A DNA stretch of 64,000 nt from an uncultured bacterium. Its GTDB lineage: Bacteria > Krumholzibacteriota > Krumholzibacteriia > Krumholzibacteriales > Krumholzibacteriaceae. The DNA lies in assembly GCA_963813815.1 (NCBI GenBank), contig CAWFAD010000016.1, positions 384,001 through 448,000 of the forward strand. Direction: 5' to 3'. The position numbers were made by a program, and so were the translations under genes. Of the stretch, positions 40,177 through 49,397 are shown in pieces. Below the pieces are notes generated by a model that searched no databases, had not been told where the DNA came from, and saw nothing but the letters and a program-made list of their open reading frames with translations. Positions within the stretch are counted from its first letter, which is position 1. Every line of letters starts with the position of its first letter.

Positions 40177-41361
40177 ATGCGCGACGCGCGGCGACACCAT
40201 ATCGATACCCAGTGCGTGCACGCGGGATTCGAACCCGACGGCTCGGGGGCCGTCGTCACGCCGATTTATCAAACCTCGACCTTCTCCTTCCGCGACGCCG
40301 ATCATGGCGCGGATCTCTTCGACGGGAAACGGGAAGGGTACATATATACGCGGCTCGGCAATCCCACGATCCGCGCCTGCGAGCGAGCCGTCGCCGCCCT
40401 CGAGGGCGGGCACGACGGCATCGCCTGCGCGAGCGGCATGGCGGCGATCCACACGGTGTTCGCCGCGCTGCTCCGGGCGGGCGATCACGCCGTTTGCTCG
40501 GCGGTCGTCTACGGTCCCACGCAAACGCTGCTCGCCGGCGTCATGTCGCGCTTCGGGATCGAATCGTCCTTCGTCGACACCGCCGACCTCGACGCCGTCC
40601 GGCGCGCCATGCGCCCGAGCACGAGGCTCGTGTTCGTCGAAACGCCGGGGAACCCCGTTCTCGCCGTGAGCGATCTCGCGGCGATCGCCGAGATCGCCCG
40701 CGCCGGCGGCGCGAAGCTCGCCGTCGACAACACCTTTTCGAGCCCCATTCTCCAGCGCCCCATCGAGTTCGGCGCCGACGTGGTCGTTCATTCGATGACC
40801 AAGTATCTGAACGGCCACGCGGACGTCGTCGCCGGGATGGTCGTCACGAGCTCGGCCGAGGATCACGCGCCGATGCGGAAGATGTTCAACCAGATCGGCG
40901 GGTGCATCGATCCGTTCGGAGCTTTTCTCGTCTCCCGGGGCCTCAAAACGCTCGCGCTGCGCATGGAGCGCCATTGCGCGAGCGCCGAGCGAGTCGCCCG
41001 TTTCCTCGAGGGACATCCGAAGGTCTCGAGGGTCAACTATCCCTGGCTTCCGTCGCACCCGCAGTTCGAGCTCGCCAGGCGCCAGATGGGGGGCGGCGGC
41101 GGGGTCGTGAGCTTCGAGCTCGCCGGGGGCATCGAGGCGGGAAAGACCCTCATGAACTCGGTTCGCCTCTGCACGCTCGCCGTGAGCCTCGGGGGCGTCG
41201 AAACGCTCATCGAGCACCCGGCGTCCATGACGCACGCTTCCATGGGGGCCGCCGCGCGCGCGGGAGCGGGCATTCCCGAGGGGCTCGTGCGCGTCGCCGT
41301 CGGCATCGAGCACGCGGACGAGATCATCGCCGATCTCGATCAGGGGCTCGCGAAGGCATGA
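40177..41361 (+). CDS. PLP-dependent Cys/Met trans-sulfuration enzyme (methionine gamma-lyase / cystathionine lyase family)
   Basis: PIYQTSTF, YTRLGNPT, SGMAA, ETPGNP, DNTF, HSMTKYLNGH, SLGGVETLIEHPASMTH. Confidence 0.92.
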   Translation: MRDARRHHIDTQCVHAGFEPDGSGAVVTPIYQTSTFSFRDADHGADLFDGKREGYIYTRLGNPTIRACERAVAALEGGHDGIACASGMAAIHTVFAALLRAGDHAVCSAVVYGPTQTLLAGVMSRFGIESSFVDTADLDAVRRAMRPSTRLVFVETPGNPVLAVSDLAAIAEIARAGGAKLAVDNTFSSPILQRPIEFGADVVVHSMTKYLNGHADVVAGMVVTSSAEDHAPMRKMFNQIGGCIDPFGAFLVSRGLKTLALRMERHCASAERVARFLEGHPKVSRVNYPWLPSHPQFELARRQMGGGGGVVSFELAGGIEAGKTLMNSVRLCTLAVSLGGVETLIEHPASMTHASMGAAARAGAGIPEGLVRVAVGIEHADEIIADLDQGLAKA

Positions 41362-41981
41362 TGAGCTGGGGCGAATACGCGAAGATCGTCGTCGGTCTCA
41401 TCGTGATCACCGATCCGCTCGGCGCGATTCCGCTCTTCGTCAGCCTGACGGTCGGCCAGCAGGAGCAGGAGCGGAAGCGCACGGCGGACATCGCCTGCTT
41501 TTCGGTCGCCATCATTCTCATCGTCTCGTGCTTCGTGGGGGAGTGGATCCTCAAGATCTTCGGTATTAGCATCGCTTCTTTCAGGATCGGCGGCGGGATA
41601 CTCCTGCTCCTCCTCTCCATCGCCATGATGCAGGCCAAGGTGATCGCCGCGAAGCAAACGGAGAAGGAGGCCGAGGAGGCGACGGGGAAGGAGCACGTCG
41701 CCGTCGTGCCGCTCGCCATTCCGCTCATCGCCGGCCCCGGAGCGATCAGTCTCGCCATCATCTACGGGGAAAAGGTGACGGGGGTCGTCAACTCGATGTT
41801 TCTCGTTGCGAGCTGCGTTCTCGTCGCGGCGGTCATGTGGGTGGCGCTTCGTCTCTCCATGAGGATTTCCCGCGTGCTCGGCCAGACCGGCATCAACATA
41901 GCGACCCGCATCATGGGGCTCATTCTGGCCGCTCTCGCGATCGAGTTCATCGCGAGCGGCTACAAGGTGCTCTTCCGGTAG
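41358..41981 (+). CDS. marC: MarC family membrane protein
   Basis: DPLGAIPLF, FRIGGGILL, VVPLAIPLIAGPGAI, RIMGLIL; ATGA overlap. Confidence 0.9.
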   Translation: MMSWGEYAKIVVGLIVITDPLGAIPLFVSLTVGQQEQERKRTADIACFSVAIILIVSCFVGEWILKIFGISIASFRIGGGILLLLLSIAMMQAKVIAAKQTEKEAEEATGKEHVAVVPLAIPLIAGPGAISLAIIYGEKVTGVVNSMFLVASCVLVAAVMWVALRLSMRISRVLGQTGINIATRIMGLILAALAIEFIASGYKVLFR

Positions 41982-42084
41982 CTCCGCGCGAGCTCCCCGC
42001 CCGGAGCTCGGAGAATCCCTCGAAGCGAAGAAAATAGTTCCTTTGCGATAATAATTCCACCTAATTGGAGTGTACTAGTAGATG

Positions 42085-42106
42085 GGGCGGTCGGTCCGCC
42101 CTTTTT
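42085..42106 (+). terminator. Probable intrinsic terminator after marC
   Basis: GGGCGG/CCGCCC stem followed by T5. Confidence 0.55.
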
Positions 42107-42110
42107 GGGG

Positions 42111-42140
42111 TTGACAGCGATATGTAACTTGTTATAGAAT
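42111..42140 (+). promoter_or_regulatory. Sigma70 promoter for the S8 peptidase
   Basis: TTGACA (42111-16), 18 nt, TAGAAT (42135-40). Confidence 0.6.
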
Positions 42141-42208
42141 AAAGAAATGGCATGTCGAGCGGAGGGCGGAATCCCTCGGATTCCCGCCCGGCGATCGGAG
42201 GGCTCTCG

Positions 42209-45200
42209 ATGAGGAAGATAGGTGCTTTAGTTTTAGCTTCGGCGCTCGTTCTGGCGGCGCGGGGGACGGGCCTCGGGGCGGAGAAGCCGAGGCTCGAGGC
42301 GCTCTCGAGGGAGCTCGCGACCGGATACGACGCGGCCCGCGCCGAGGCCTATAGTCTCGCGGCGGAGCACGGGTGGCCGGTCAGCGGCTATGGAGAAAAC
42401 GGCAGCTACTTCGAGCTTCAGAAGCTCGTGAACGGGATGCCGCGTTTCTATACGACGCACAACTCGAATGCCGCGATCTCGACGAGAACCGCTCTCGTGA
42501 ACGCCGCGATCGGCGGCGGAAGCGGCTTCGTCCTTCGTTTGTGGGACGGAGGAAAGCCCCGGACGACTCACCGCGAGTTCGGCGGTCGCGTCATCTGGGC
42601 GGATCCCCTCGCGAGCACGATCGCCGGGCACGCGACGCATGTGGCCGGCACGATGCTCGCGAGCGGCGTGAGACCGGAGGCGAAGGGGATGTCCCCCGCC
42701 TCGACGATCCGGGCGTTCGAGTGGACCAACGACGCCTCGGAGATGGCGAGCGAGGCCGCGGCGGGGGCGAACGTCTCGAACCATTCCTACGGATACATCG
42801 CCGGCTGGTACTACAACACGACGAACAGCTACTGGTACTGGTACGGCGATACGGCGGTGAGCGAAGTCGAGGATTACGGCTTCGGCTACTACGACTCGGA
42901 CGCGCGGGCGTACGATCAGATCGCCGTGTCGGCCCCGAACTACCTCATGGTCGTTTCCGCCTCGAACGATCGCGACGACGCTGGGCCGGCGGCCGGCACG
43001 AAGCATTACTACTGGGACGCCCGTTACGACGCCTGGCGCTTCAGCACGAAAACGAGAAACCCCGACGGGACGCCGCTCGGCTACGACTGCATCCCGTTCG
43101 GCTTTCAGATATCGAAGAACAGCCTCACGATCGGCGCCGTGGACGACGTTCTCTCGTACACCGGCCCCGCTTCCGTGACGCTCGCGGCCTTCAGCAGCAC
43201 GGGGCCCTGCGACGACGGCAGAATCAAGCCGGACGTCGTGGGGAACGGCGTCTCGCTTCTTTCGTCCTATTCGACGACCGATTCCTCGTACGCCAGCGCG
43301 AGCGGCACGTCGATGTCCTCCCCGAACGTGAGCGGCTCGCTCGGCCTCGTCGCGGACTACTACCGGGACACGCACGGCGGCGCGCCGATGCGTTCGTCGA
43401 CGCTCAAGGCGCTCGCGATTCATACGGCGCTCGAGGCGGGTCCCGCCGACGGGCCCGATTACCAGTTCGGCTGGGGGCTTCTCGACGCGTACGGGCTCTA
43501 CCAGCTTCTCGAGCAGGATTACCTGAACGATGCCGCCGGGTTCGTCGAGGAGCTCGCGCTCGGAAGCGGGCAAACGATCGAATACTATTACCGGGTCGCC
43601 GGGTCGCCCGATGAGCTCAGGGTCACGATCTGCTGGACGGATCCGGCGGGCACGCCCGCGTCCGCGGCGATCGATCCTTCGACGAGGATGCTCGTGAACG
43701 ATCTCGATCTGCGCGTCGTCAAGGGGGGCATGACCTCTCTCCCGTGGCATCTCGACCGGACCAATCCGTCGAGCGCCGCGACGAGGGCCGACAACGACGC
43801 CGATAACGTCGAGCAGGTCGTGCTCGACGCTCCGGCCGACGGCGTGTACGCGATCAGGGTAAGCCACAAGGGCTCGCTCTCCGGCGGGTCGCAGAGCTTC
43901 GCGCTCGTCGTTTCCGGCGCCGAAAAGAACCACGCGTGGCACGTATACGACGACGGCTCAGGCGACGCGCCGACGATAGCGGCGGCGGTCTCTCTGGCCG
44001 CCGACGGCGATTCGATCTACGTTCACGGGGGCGTGCATCACGAGGCGGGCATTTCGATCGCCAAGGCGCTCGTCATCGCCGGTCCGGACGGCGCCGCGCT
44101 CACGACGATCGACGGAAGCGGTCTCGGAGCCGGCATTTTCACCTTCCCGTCCTCGACGAAGACCATCCGGGTGAGCGGGCTCGCGCTGAAGAACGGCTCG
44201 TCCGCGGGCATGGGCGGCGGAATGTCGATCCAGAACTCGAACGTGACCGTGCTCGATTGCGCGTTCGAAGGGTGCGAGGCGGCCGTCTCCGGCGGCGGCC
44301 TCGCCGTGAGCGACGCATCTCCCTCGATCGTGCGATGCGCCTTCGTCGGCAACACGGCCGCGGGCGATGGGGGCGGCCTCTTTCTCTCCTCCTCCAGCGC
44401 CGTCGTCGATTCCTGCGTGTTCTACGGTAACGGCGCGATCGCGGGGTCCGGCGGCGGCGTGGCGGCCGCCTCTTCCGCGCCCGAGCTTCGCAACTGCACC
44501 ATCTCTTACAACTACTCGTCCGCGGGCGGCCACGGCGGCAACGTGTACGTGGGGAACGGCTCAGACCCGTCGCTCGCGCGATGCATCGTTTCCCACAGCT
44601 CGGCGGGCGAGGGAATATTCGGCGAAACGTCCGCCGTCGGCGCCTCTCTCGCGTGCTGCGACGTTTTCGGAAACGCCGGCGGCGATTACGGAGGCACGGT
44701 GGCGGACGCGACGGGGCTCGACGGCAACATCTCGGCCGATCCCCTGTTCTGCGACGCGACCGCTGCGCCCCCCGAGCTCACGATCGCCGCTCTCTCGCCC
44801 TGCGCGGCGGGCGCGAGCCCCTGCGGAGGGCTCATCGGAGCCCTGCCCGTCGCCTGCGTGCGGGGTCCCGATCTCGTCGTCGCGGGCGTTCTCTGGAGCG
44901 ACGCGCGGCCGGCGTTCGGCGACAGCGTCTCGGCGGCGGTGACGGTGAGGAATCCGGGCACGCTCCCCGCGGAGCGTTTCTACGTGGAGTATTACGCTTC
45001 GAGCGATTCCCTGCCGATCGACGGGACGCCCGGCGACCAGCGGCTCTTCGTCGACAGCCTCGCCGCCGGGGATTCGCTCGTGTGGATCACCGGCTGGGAG
45101 AAGGCTTCCGTATTCGAACCATGGACCTCGTGGTTCCGCGTCGATAACGGGGATTCCGTCCCCGAGACGAACGAGGCGGACAACGGGAGCGGCCCGCACG

Positions 45201-46768
45201 AGATCCTCTGGCGTTTCGCCGAGGAGGAGGGTTGGCCCGCCGCGATCGGGTTCGGCTTCCACACGTCGCCCGCGATAGCGAACCTCGACGACGACGCGCT
45301 CACGCTCGAGGTGGTCATCGGCGCCGACGACGGCGCGGTGCACGTTCTCACGGTCGACGGCACGGAGCTCGCCGGCTGGCCCGCGCCGGTGGGGGATACG
45401 CTCTACTCGTCTCCCGCCGTCGCCGACATCACCGGCGATTACGGCCGCGAGGTCGTGATAGGCGGGAGCGACGGCAAGATATACGCCTTCGACCGTCAGG
45501 GCGCGAAGCTCTGGGAGTACGACGCGGGGAGCCCCATCCGCACGACGCCGGCCCTCGCCGATCTCGACGGGGACGGAAAGTGCGAGGTGATCTGCGGCGC
45601 CGGCGCGAATCTCGTCGCGCTCGAGGGAGACGGCGGCGCGTACGGCGGATCGTGGCCCGTCACGACGGCGTCCGGCGCGTTCACCTCCCCGGCCGTCGGG
45701 GACGTGGACGGCGACGGCGCGCTCGAGATCGCGGCGATCGTTCGAGAATCGCCGGACACGCTCTCCTCGCGGGTTCACCTCCTCAACGCGGACGGCACCT
45801 CGTACGGCGCCCCGTGGCCGGTGACGGTCGATACGATCATAGCGGCCGATCCGGCGATGGGAAACGTCATCGACCCCTCCTCGGATCTCGAGATCGTGGC
45901 GGGAGGCCTCGACGGCCGCGTGCTCGTCTGGAAGACCGACGGGACGCTCTGGGCATCGCCGCCGAAGGCGCCCGGGGCGATCGAATCGTCGCCGGCGCTC
46001 GCGAATCTGGACGCCGATTCCAATCTCGAGATCGTCGTCGCGTCGGCCGCGGATTCGCTGGCGGCCGTGACGGCGGTCGATCACACGGGTTCCCTGCTGC
46101 CCGGCTGGCCGCGGACATGGGCCGCGGCGGGAGCGTTCGTTCCCTCTCCCGTCGTCATCGGCGCCCGGGTGGAGTCGATTCTCGGCGACGGCCTGCAGGC
46201 CCTGCTGTCCTTCGCGGGGGACGGCGCGGCGCCCTATGGATTTCCGATCGACCTCGCGGGCGACGTGCCCGTTTCGGTCGCCGCGGACGATCTCGACGGC
46301 GACGGCGCGATCGAGCTCGTGGCGGCGGCGGGATCGCCGGTGAATCTCGTGTACTGCTTCGAGCTTCCGGTCGAGCATTACTCGAAGGACAATCTGCCGT
46401 GGCCGGTGTTTCGCCACGACCGCGCGAGAACGGGGTGCTTCGAGGCGATCGTTCCGACGCCGGTCGATGGCGGCCCCGGCGCGGAGCCGTCCGTCACGGC
46501 CATCGGTTCCATTTACCCCAACCCCTTCAATCCCACCACGCGGATCGCCTTCACCGTGGCGAAGCGGACCTGGGTGGAGATCGCGGTCTACGACGTCGCC
46601 GGGCGCAGGATCGCCTCCCTCCTCGGCAAGGTAATGGAGCCGGGCCGCTACGAGGCGTCCTGGAACGGCCGCACCCTCTCGGGGGCGATCGCGGCGTCGG
46701 GCGTCTACGTGTGCAGGCTTCAGGCCGGAGGGCTCGTCGAGACGCGCAAGCTCGTGCTTCTCAGATGA
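42209..46768 (+). CDS. Secreted S8 subtilase with beta-helix, CARDB-like, FG-GAP repeats and FlgD-Ig/T9SS-like C-terminal domain
   Basis: Triad WDGG / HATHVAGT / SGTSMSSP; KPDVVG; GGG-containing beta-helix repeats; PDLVV..ETNEADN; DLDGDG repeats; YPNPFNP...KLVLLR. Confidence 0.9.
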   Translation: MRKIGALVLASALVLAARGTGLGAEKPRLEALSRELATGYDAARAEAYSLAAEHGWPVSGYGENGSYFELQKLVNGMPRFYTTHNSNAAISTRTALVNAAIGGGSGFVLRLWDGGKPRTTHREFGGRVIWADPLASTIAGHATHVAGTMLASGVRPEAKGMSPASTIRAFEWTNDASEMASEAAAGANVSNHSYGYIAGWYYNTTNSYWYWYGDTAVSEVEDYGFGYYDSDARAYDQIAVSAPNYLMVVSASNDRDDAGPAAGTKHYYWDARYDAWRFSTKTRNPDGTPLGYDCIPFGFQISKNSLTIGAVDDVLSYTGPASVTLAAFSSTGPCDDGRIKPDVVGNGVSLLSSYSTTDSSYASASGTSMSSPNVSGSLGLVADYYRDTHGGAPMRSSTLKALAIHTALEAGPADGPDYQFGWGLLDAYGLYQLLEQDYLNDAAGFVEELALGSGQTIEYYYRVAGSPDELRVTICWTDPAGTPASAAIDPSTRMLVNDLDLRVVKGGMTSLPWHLDRTNPSSAATRADNDADNVEQVVLDAPADGVYAIRVSHKGSLSGGSQSFALVVSGAEKNHAWHVYDDGSGDAPTIAAAVSLAADGDSIYVHGGVHHEAGISIAKALVIAGPDGAALTTIDGSGLGAGIFTFPSSTKTIRVSGLALKNGSSAGMGGGMSIQNSNVTVLDCAFEGCEAAVSGGGLAVSDASPSIVRCAFVGNTAAGDGGGLFLSSSSAVVDSCVFYGNGAIAGSGGGVAAASSAPELRNCTISYNYSSAGGHGGNVYVGNGSDPSLARCIVSHSSAGEGIFGETSAVGASLACCDVFGNAGGDYGGTVADATGLDGNISADPLFCDATAAPPELTIAALSPCAAGASPCGGLIGALPVACVRGPDLVVAGVLWSDARPAFGDSVSAAVTVRNPGTLPAERFYVEYYASSDSLPIDGTPGDQRLFVDSLAAGDSLVWITGWEKASVFEPWTSWFRVDNGDSVPETNEADNGSGPHEILWRFAEEEGWPAAIGFGFHTSPAIANLDDDALTLEVVIGADDGAVHVLTVDGTELAGWPAPVGDTLYSSPAVADITGDYGREVVIGGSDGKIYAFDRQGAKLWEYDAGSPIRTTPALADLDGDGKCEVICGAGANLVALEGDGGAYGGSWPVTTASGAFTSPAVGDVDGDGALEIAAIVRESPDTLSSRVHLLNADGTSYGAPWPVTVDTIIAADPAMGNVIDPSSDLEIVAGGLDGRVLVWKTDGTLWASPPKAPGAIESSPALANLDADSNLEIVVASAADSLAAVTAVDHTGSLLPGWPRTWAAAGAFVPSPVVIGARVESILGDGLQALLSFAGDGAAPYGFPIDLAGDVPVSVAADDLDGDGAIELVAAAGSPVNLVYCFELPVEHYSKDNLPWPVFRHDRARTGCFEAIVPTPVDGGPGAEPSVTAIGSIYPNPFNPTTRIAFTVAKRTWVEIAVYDVAGRRIASLLGKVMEPGRYEASWNGRTLSGAIAASGVYVCRLQAGGLVETRKLVLLR

Positions 46769-46790
46769 CGCCCGGCTGAACGGGCGCATG

Positions 46791-46830
46791 AAAAAACGGG
46801 GGCCGCCGAGAGGCGACCCCCGTTTCGTTT
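46791..46830. terminator. Bidirectional terminator
   Basis: A6, CGGGGGCCGCC/GGCGACCCCCG stem, then TTTCGTTTT, between convergent genes. Confidence 0.7.
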
Positions 46831-46849
46831 TCGTCGCGGCGGATTGCGG

Positions 46850-47428
46850 CTATCCGGTCTTCGCCGCTCTCTCCTTGAGCCGCCCGTGGAGCTCTTCGTG
46901 CAGAAACTGGGCGTAGAGCTCGGTGAGATGCCTCTTCGTGATGCGGCGCAGCGTCACGGACATGCCGGGGACGGAGAATCTCAAGGTCTTCTGGGCCATC
47001 TCGCGGGAGGGATCCTCGACCGAGAAGGTCTGATTATAGGTTCCCTCGAGCCACATCTTGAGCCAGTCGAGGTTCGTGAGGCTCGTATCGCGGAAGTAAA
47101 CGATGACCTCCATGAGACGCCCGTCGAGAAAAGCGCAGCGCACGCGCTCGACCTCGCGGCGCGGTTCGATCGTCGAGGAAAGGTCGTACAGCTCGCCCCG
47201 GTATCCGAGCGGCGGATCGGGCGCGCGCGTGACGCGTATGGACGTTCCGGCCCGCTCGAACACCTCCTCCTTCGTTTCCCCGAGGTAGAATCCGTACACG
47301 GCCTCGGGGAGCCTGAGATCCGCTCCCTCGTCTTTCTTCGAGCACGAGGCCGCGGAGAGAATCGCGATGCAGAGGAGCGCGGCGGAAAAGAAGCGCCGCG
47401 GCGTCGAGATCCGGTCACGTTTCTGCAC
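46850..47428 (-). CDS. Hypothetical lipoprotein
   Basis: Lipobox-like AASC followed by SKK; SD AAAGGAG; overlaps the MFS stop. Confidence 0.7.
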   Translation of the reverse strand: MQKRDRISTPRRFFSAALLCIAILSAASCSKKDEGADLRLPEAVYGFYLGETKEEVFERAGTSIRVTRAPDPPLGYRGELYDLSSTIEPRREVERVRCAFLDGRLMEVIVYFRDTSLTNLDWLKMWLEGTYNQTFSVEDPSREMAQKTLRFSVPGMSVTLRRITKRHLTELYAQFLHEELHGRLKERAAKTG

Positions 47429-48728
47429 GATTGGTCTCGCTCCTTTCGGGCGACAGGAAACGGTCGTAGACGATGAGCCCGACGATCGTCAAGGCGCCGA
47501 TCGCCGCGAAGATTCCCCAAAAGAGCCGGGGCTGCCCGGCCTCCTTGGCGATTTTCTGATAGAGAAACGCCCCGAGGTTGTTGCCGATGAGGCTTCCGAT
47601 GATGCCATAGAGAAAGGAATATCCCATGTACACGGCCACCTTGTCGCGCGGGGCGATCTGTCCGACGTAGCTGAAGTACTTGGGATGGCAGGTCATCTCC
47701 CCGATCGAAAAAACGATCATCCCCGCCACGATCGCGCGAGCGTCGCCCGAGAGGGCGAAGATCACGAAGCCGGCCGTGCCGATCGTGATGCCGGCGATCA
47801 TCGTGGGCAGCGCCCGGAGGTTCTTCACGATACGGCTCACGAACACCTGCAGGAGGATGATGGTGCCGGCATTGATGCTCGTCACGTAGGCGACGTCGAA
47901 CCGGAGCTCGGCGTCGCTGCCGAAGAACCTCGCCGCCGCCGTGAGGGCTCGATCCGCCGGCGTCATGTCGACGAAGTCGATGACGTACCAGAGCACCGTC
48001 TGGAACATCTGGAAGTAGAGGAGCCAGAAGCCCGAGTACACGACGATCATGAGCACGAAACGCCAGTTGCCCAGCACGAGCCCGGCGTCGCTGAATACCT
48101 GGCCGAGCCCTTTCGAGCTCGCCGGGCGCTCCGGCTCCCGATAGGCGACGGCGGTGAGGACGAGCATGAGAGCGCACCAGACCGCCGAGGCGAAGAAGAC
48201 GTACGACCAGTCGAACCCGCGCAGGTAGCTCACGAGAATGGGGGAGAGGAACGCGCCGAGGTTGATCATCCAGTAGTAGATGCCGAAGCCGAGCGAGCGG
48301 TTCCCGTCGGTCGTCGTTCGCGTGATCGTTCCCGAGAGTATCGATTTGAACACGCCGCTTCCGGCGGCCACGAGGAGCAGCGAGAGGAACACGACGCCGT
48401 ATCCCGACACGTGCCCCATCGCGAAGTAGCCGGCCGCGAGGAGCGAGAAGGCGATCATGAGGAATCGCCGGTAGCCGTACCGCTCGGCGAGCGCGCCGCC
48501 GACGATCGGCATGACGTACGTGAACGTCATGACGATCGACTGCAGGAATCCGACCGTCGTTTCACCGAAACCGAGGCCCCCCTCGGCCGCGCTCGCGCGC
48601 AGGTAGACGGCGAGCACCGAGGCCATGCCGTAGTAGGCGCCTCGCTCGAAGAGCTCCATCACGTTCGCCACCCAGAAGGTGCGCGGGAAGGAGCTCTTCG
48701 AGCCGGTGATTCCGGCGCCGTCGGACAC
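47415..48728 (-). CDS. MFS transporter, proton-dependent oligopeptide (POT)-like
   Basis: ELFERGAYYG (ExxERxxYY-like), GGALAERYG, YYWMINLGA, SIGEM; about 12 TM helices. Confidence 0.88.
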   Translation of the reverse strand: MSDGAGITGSKSSFPRTFWVANVMELFERGAYYGMASVLAVYLRASAAEGGLGFGETTVGFLQSIVMTFTYVMPIVGGALAERYGYRRFLMIAFSLLAAGYFAMGHVSGYGVVFLSLLLVAAGSGVFKSILSGTITRTTTDGNRSLGFGIYYWMINLGAFLSPILVSYLRGFDWSYVFFASAVWCALMLVLTAVAYREPERPASSKGLGQVFSDAGLVLGNWRFVLMIVVYSGFWLLYFQMFQTVLWYVIDFVDMTPADRALTAAARFFGSDAELRFDVAYVTSINAGTIILLQVFVSRIVKNLRALPTMIAGITIGTAGFVIFALSGDARAIVAGMIVFSIGEMTCHPKYFSYVGQIAPRDKVAVYMGYSFLYGIIGSLIGNNLGAFLYQKIAKEAGQPRLFWGIFAAIGALTIVGLIVYDRFLSPERSETNRAET

Positions 48729-48909
48729 GATTCCACCTTTCGCGAATACGGTCGAGGCCGCTCCACGGCCGCGGAGCGGCCCGGGCGCGCCCATGAACGA
48801 CGCTACAGTAGCAAAAGGAGAGCGCCGGTCGCCAGATTATTTTGGGGGACGACGGGAGTTTGCGCGCGGCGCGCCGGGCGCGCTTTCGCGCGGCCCGTCC
48901 GGCGGCGCG

Positions 48910-49263
48910 TCACGAGCAGGTGAACTTCATTCTGAACGATCCGATCTCGATCGTGTCGCCGCTGCGGAGCTTGCGCTGGTGCACTCCCTTGCCGTTGAGG
49001 GATACTCCGCCCGTGCTCCCGAGATCCTCGATGACGTAGCCGTCGTCGGTTCTCACGATGGCCGCGTGCTCGTCCGAGACGAGGAAATCGTCCAGGCAAA
49101 CGTCGCACCGGATATTCCTGCCGAGGGTCGTTTTCCTCTTTTTGAGCGCGATCTCGAGGCCGGCGAACCAGCTGTTGACGATCGTGAGGCGTGCATTTTT
49201 ATGCTCGCCCTTCGCCTCCGCCAGATCGACGCCGGAACCGCGTTGTGCCTTTTTCGAAACCAC
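48910..49263 (-). CDS. Stand-alone FHA domain protein
   Basis: TTLGR, VSDEHA, IEDLGST, LRSGDTIEIG; GTG start behind AAGGAAGG. Confidence 0.85.
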   Translation of the reverse strand: MVSKKAQRGSGVDLAEAKGEHKNARLTIVNSWFAGLEIALKKRKTTLGRNIRCDVCLDDFLVSDEHAAIVRTDDGYVIEDLGSTGGVSLNGKGVHQRKLRSGDTIEIGSFRMKFTCS

Positions 49264-49397
49264 GTTAGCGCACCTTCCTTGCACGGAGAATGGCCGCTTG
49301 AGCCACGTATCTCGTTCCAAAACGCGCCATTACGCAAGGATCGTACCATTTGCGGCGCCGGCGCGGTTTTGCGGGAGGGGGAGGACCGGAAAGGGCG

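Noticed and set aside
39900..41981. 693-aa ORF suggesting a long MarC fusion
   Set aside because: Only the part from 41358 is MarC; the upstream part is an off-frame reading of the lyase gene. The same applies to 30310-32793, 57399-58754 and 7158-8591
45280..46330. Repeated GACGGCGAC-type DNA motifs
   Set aside because: They encode FG-GAP DxDGDG protein repeats and are not a DNA repeat array
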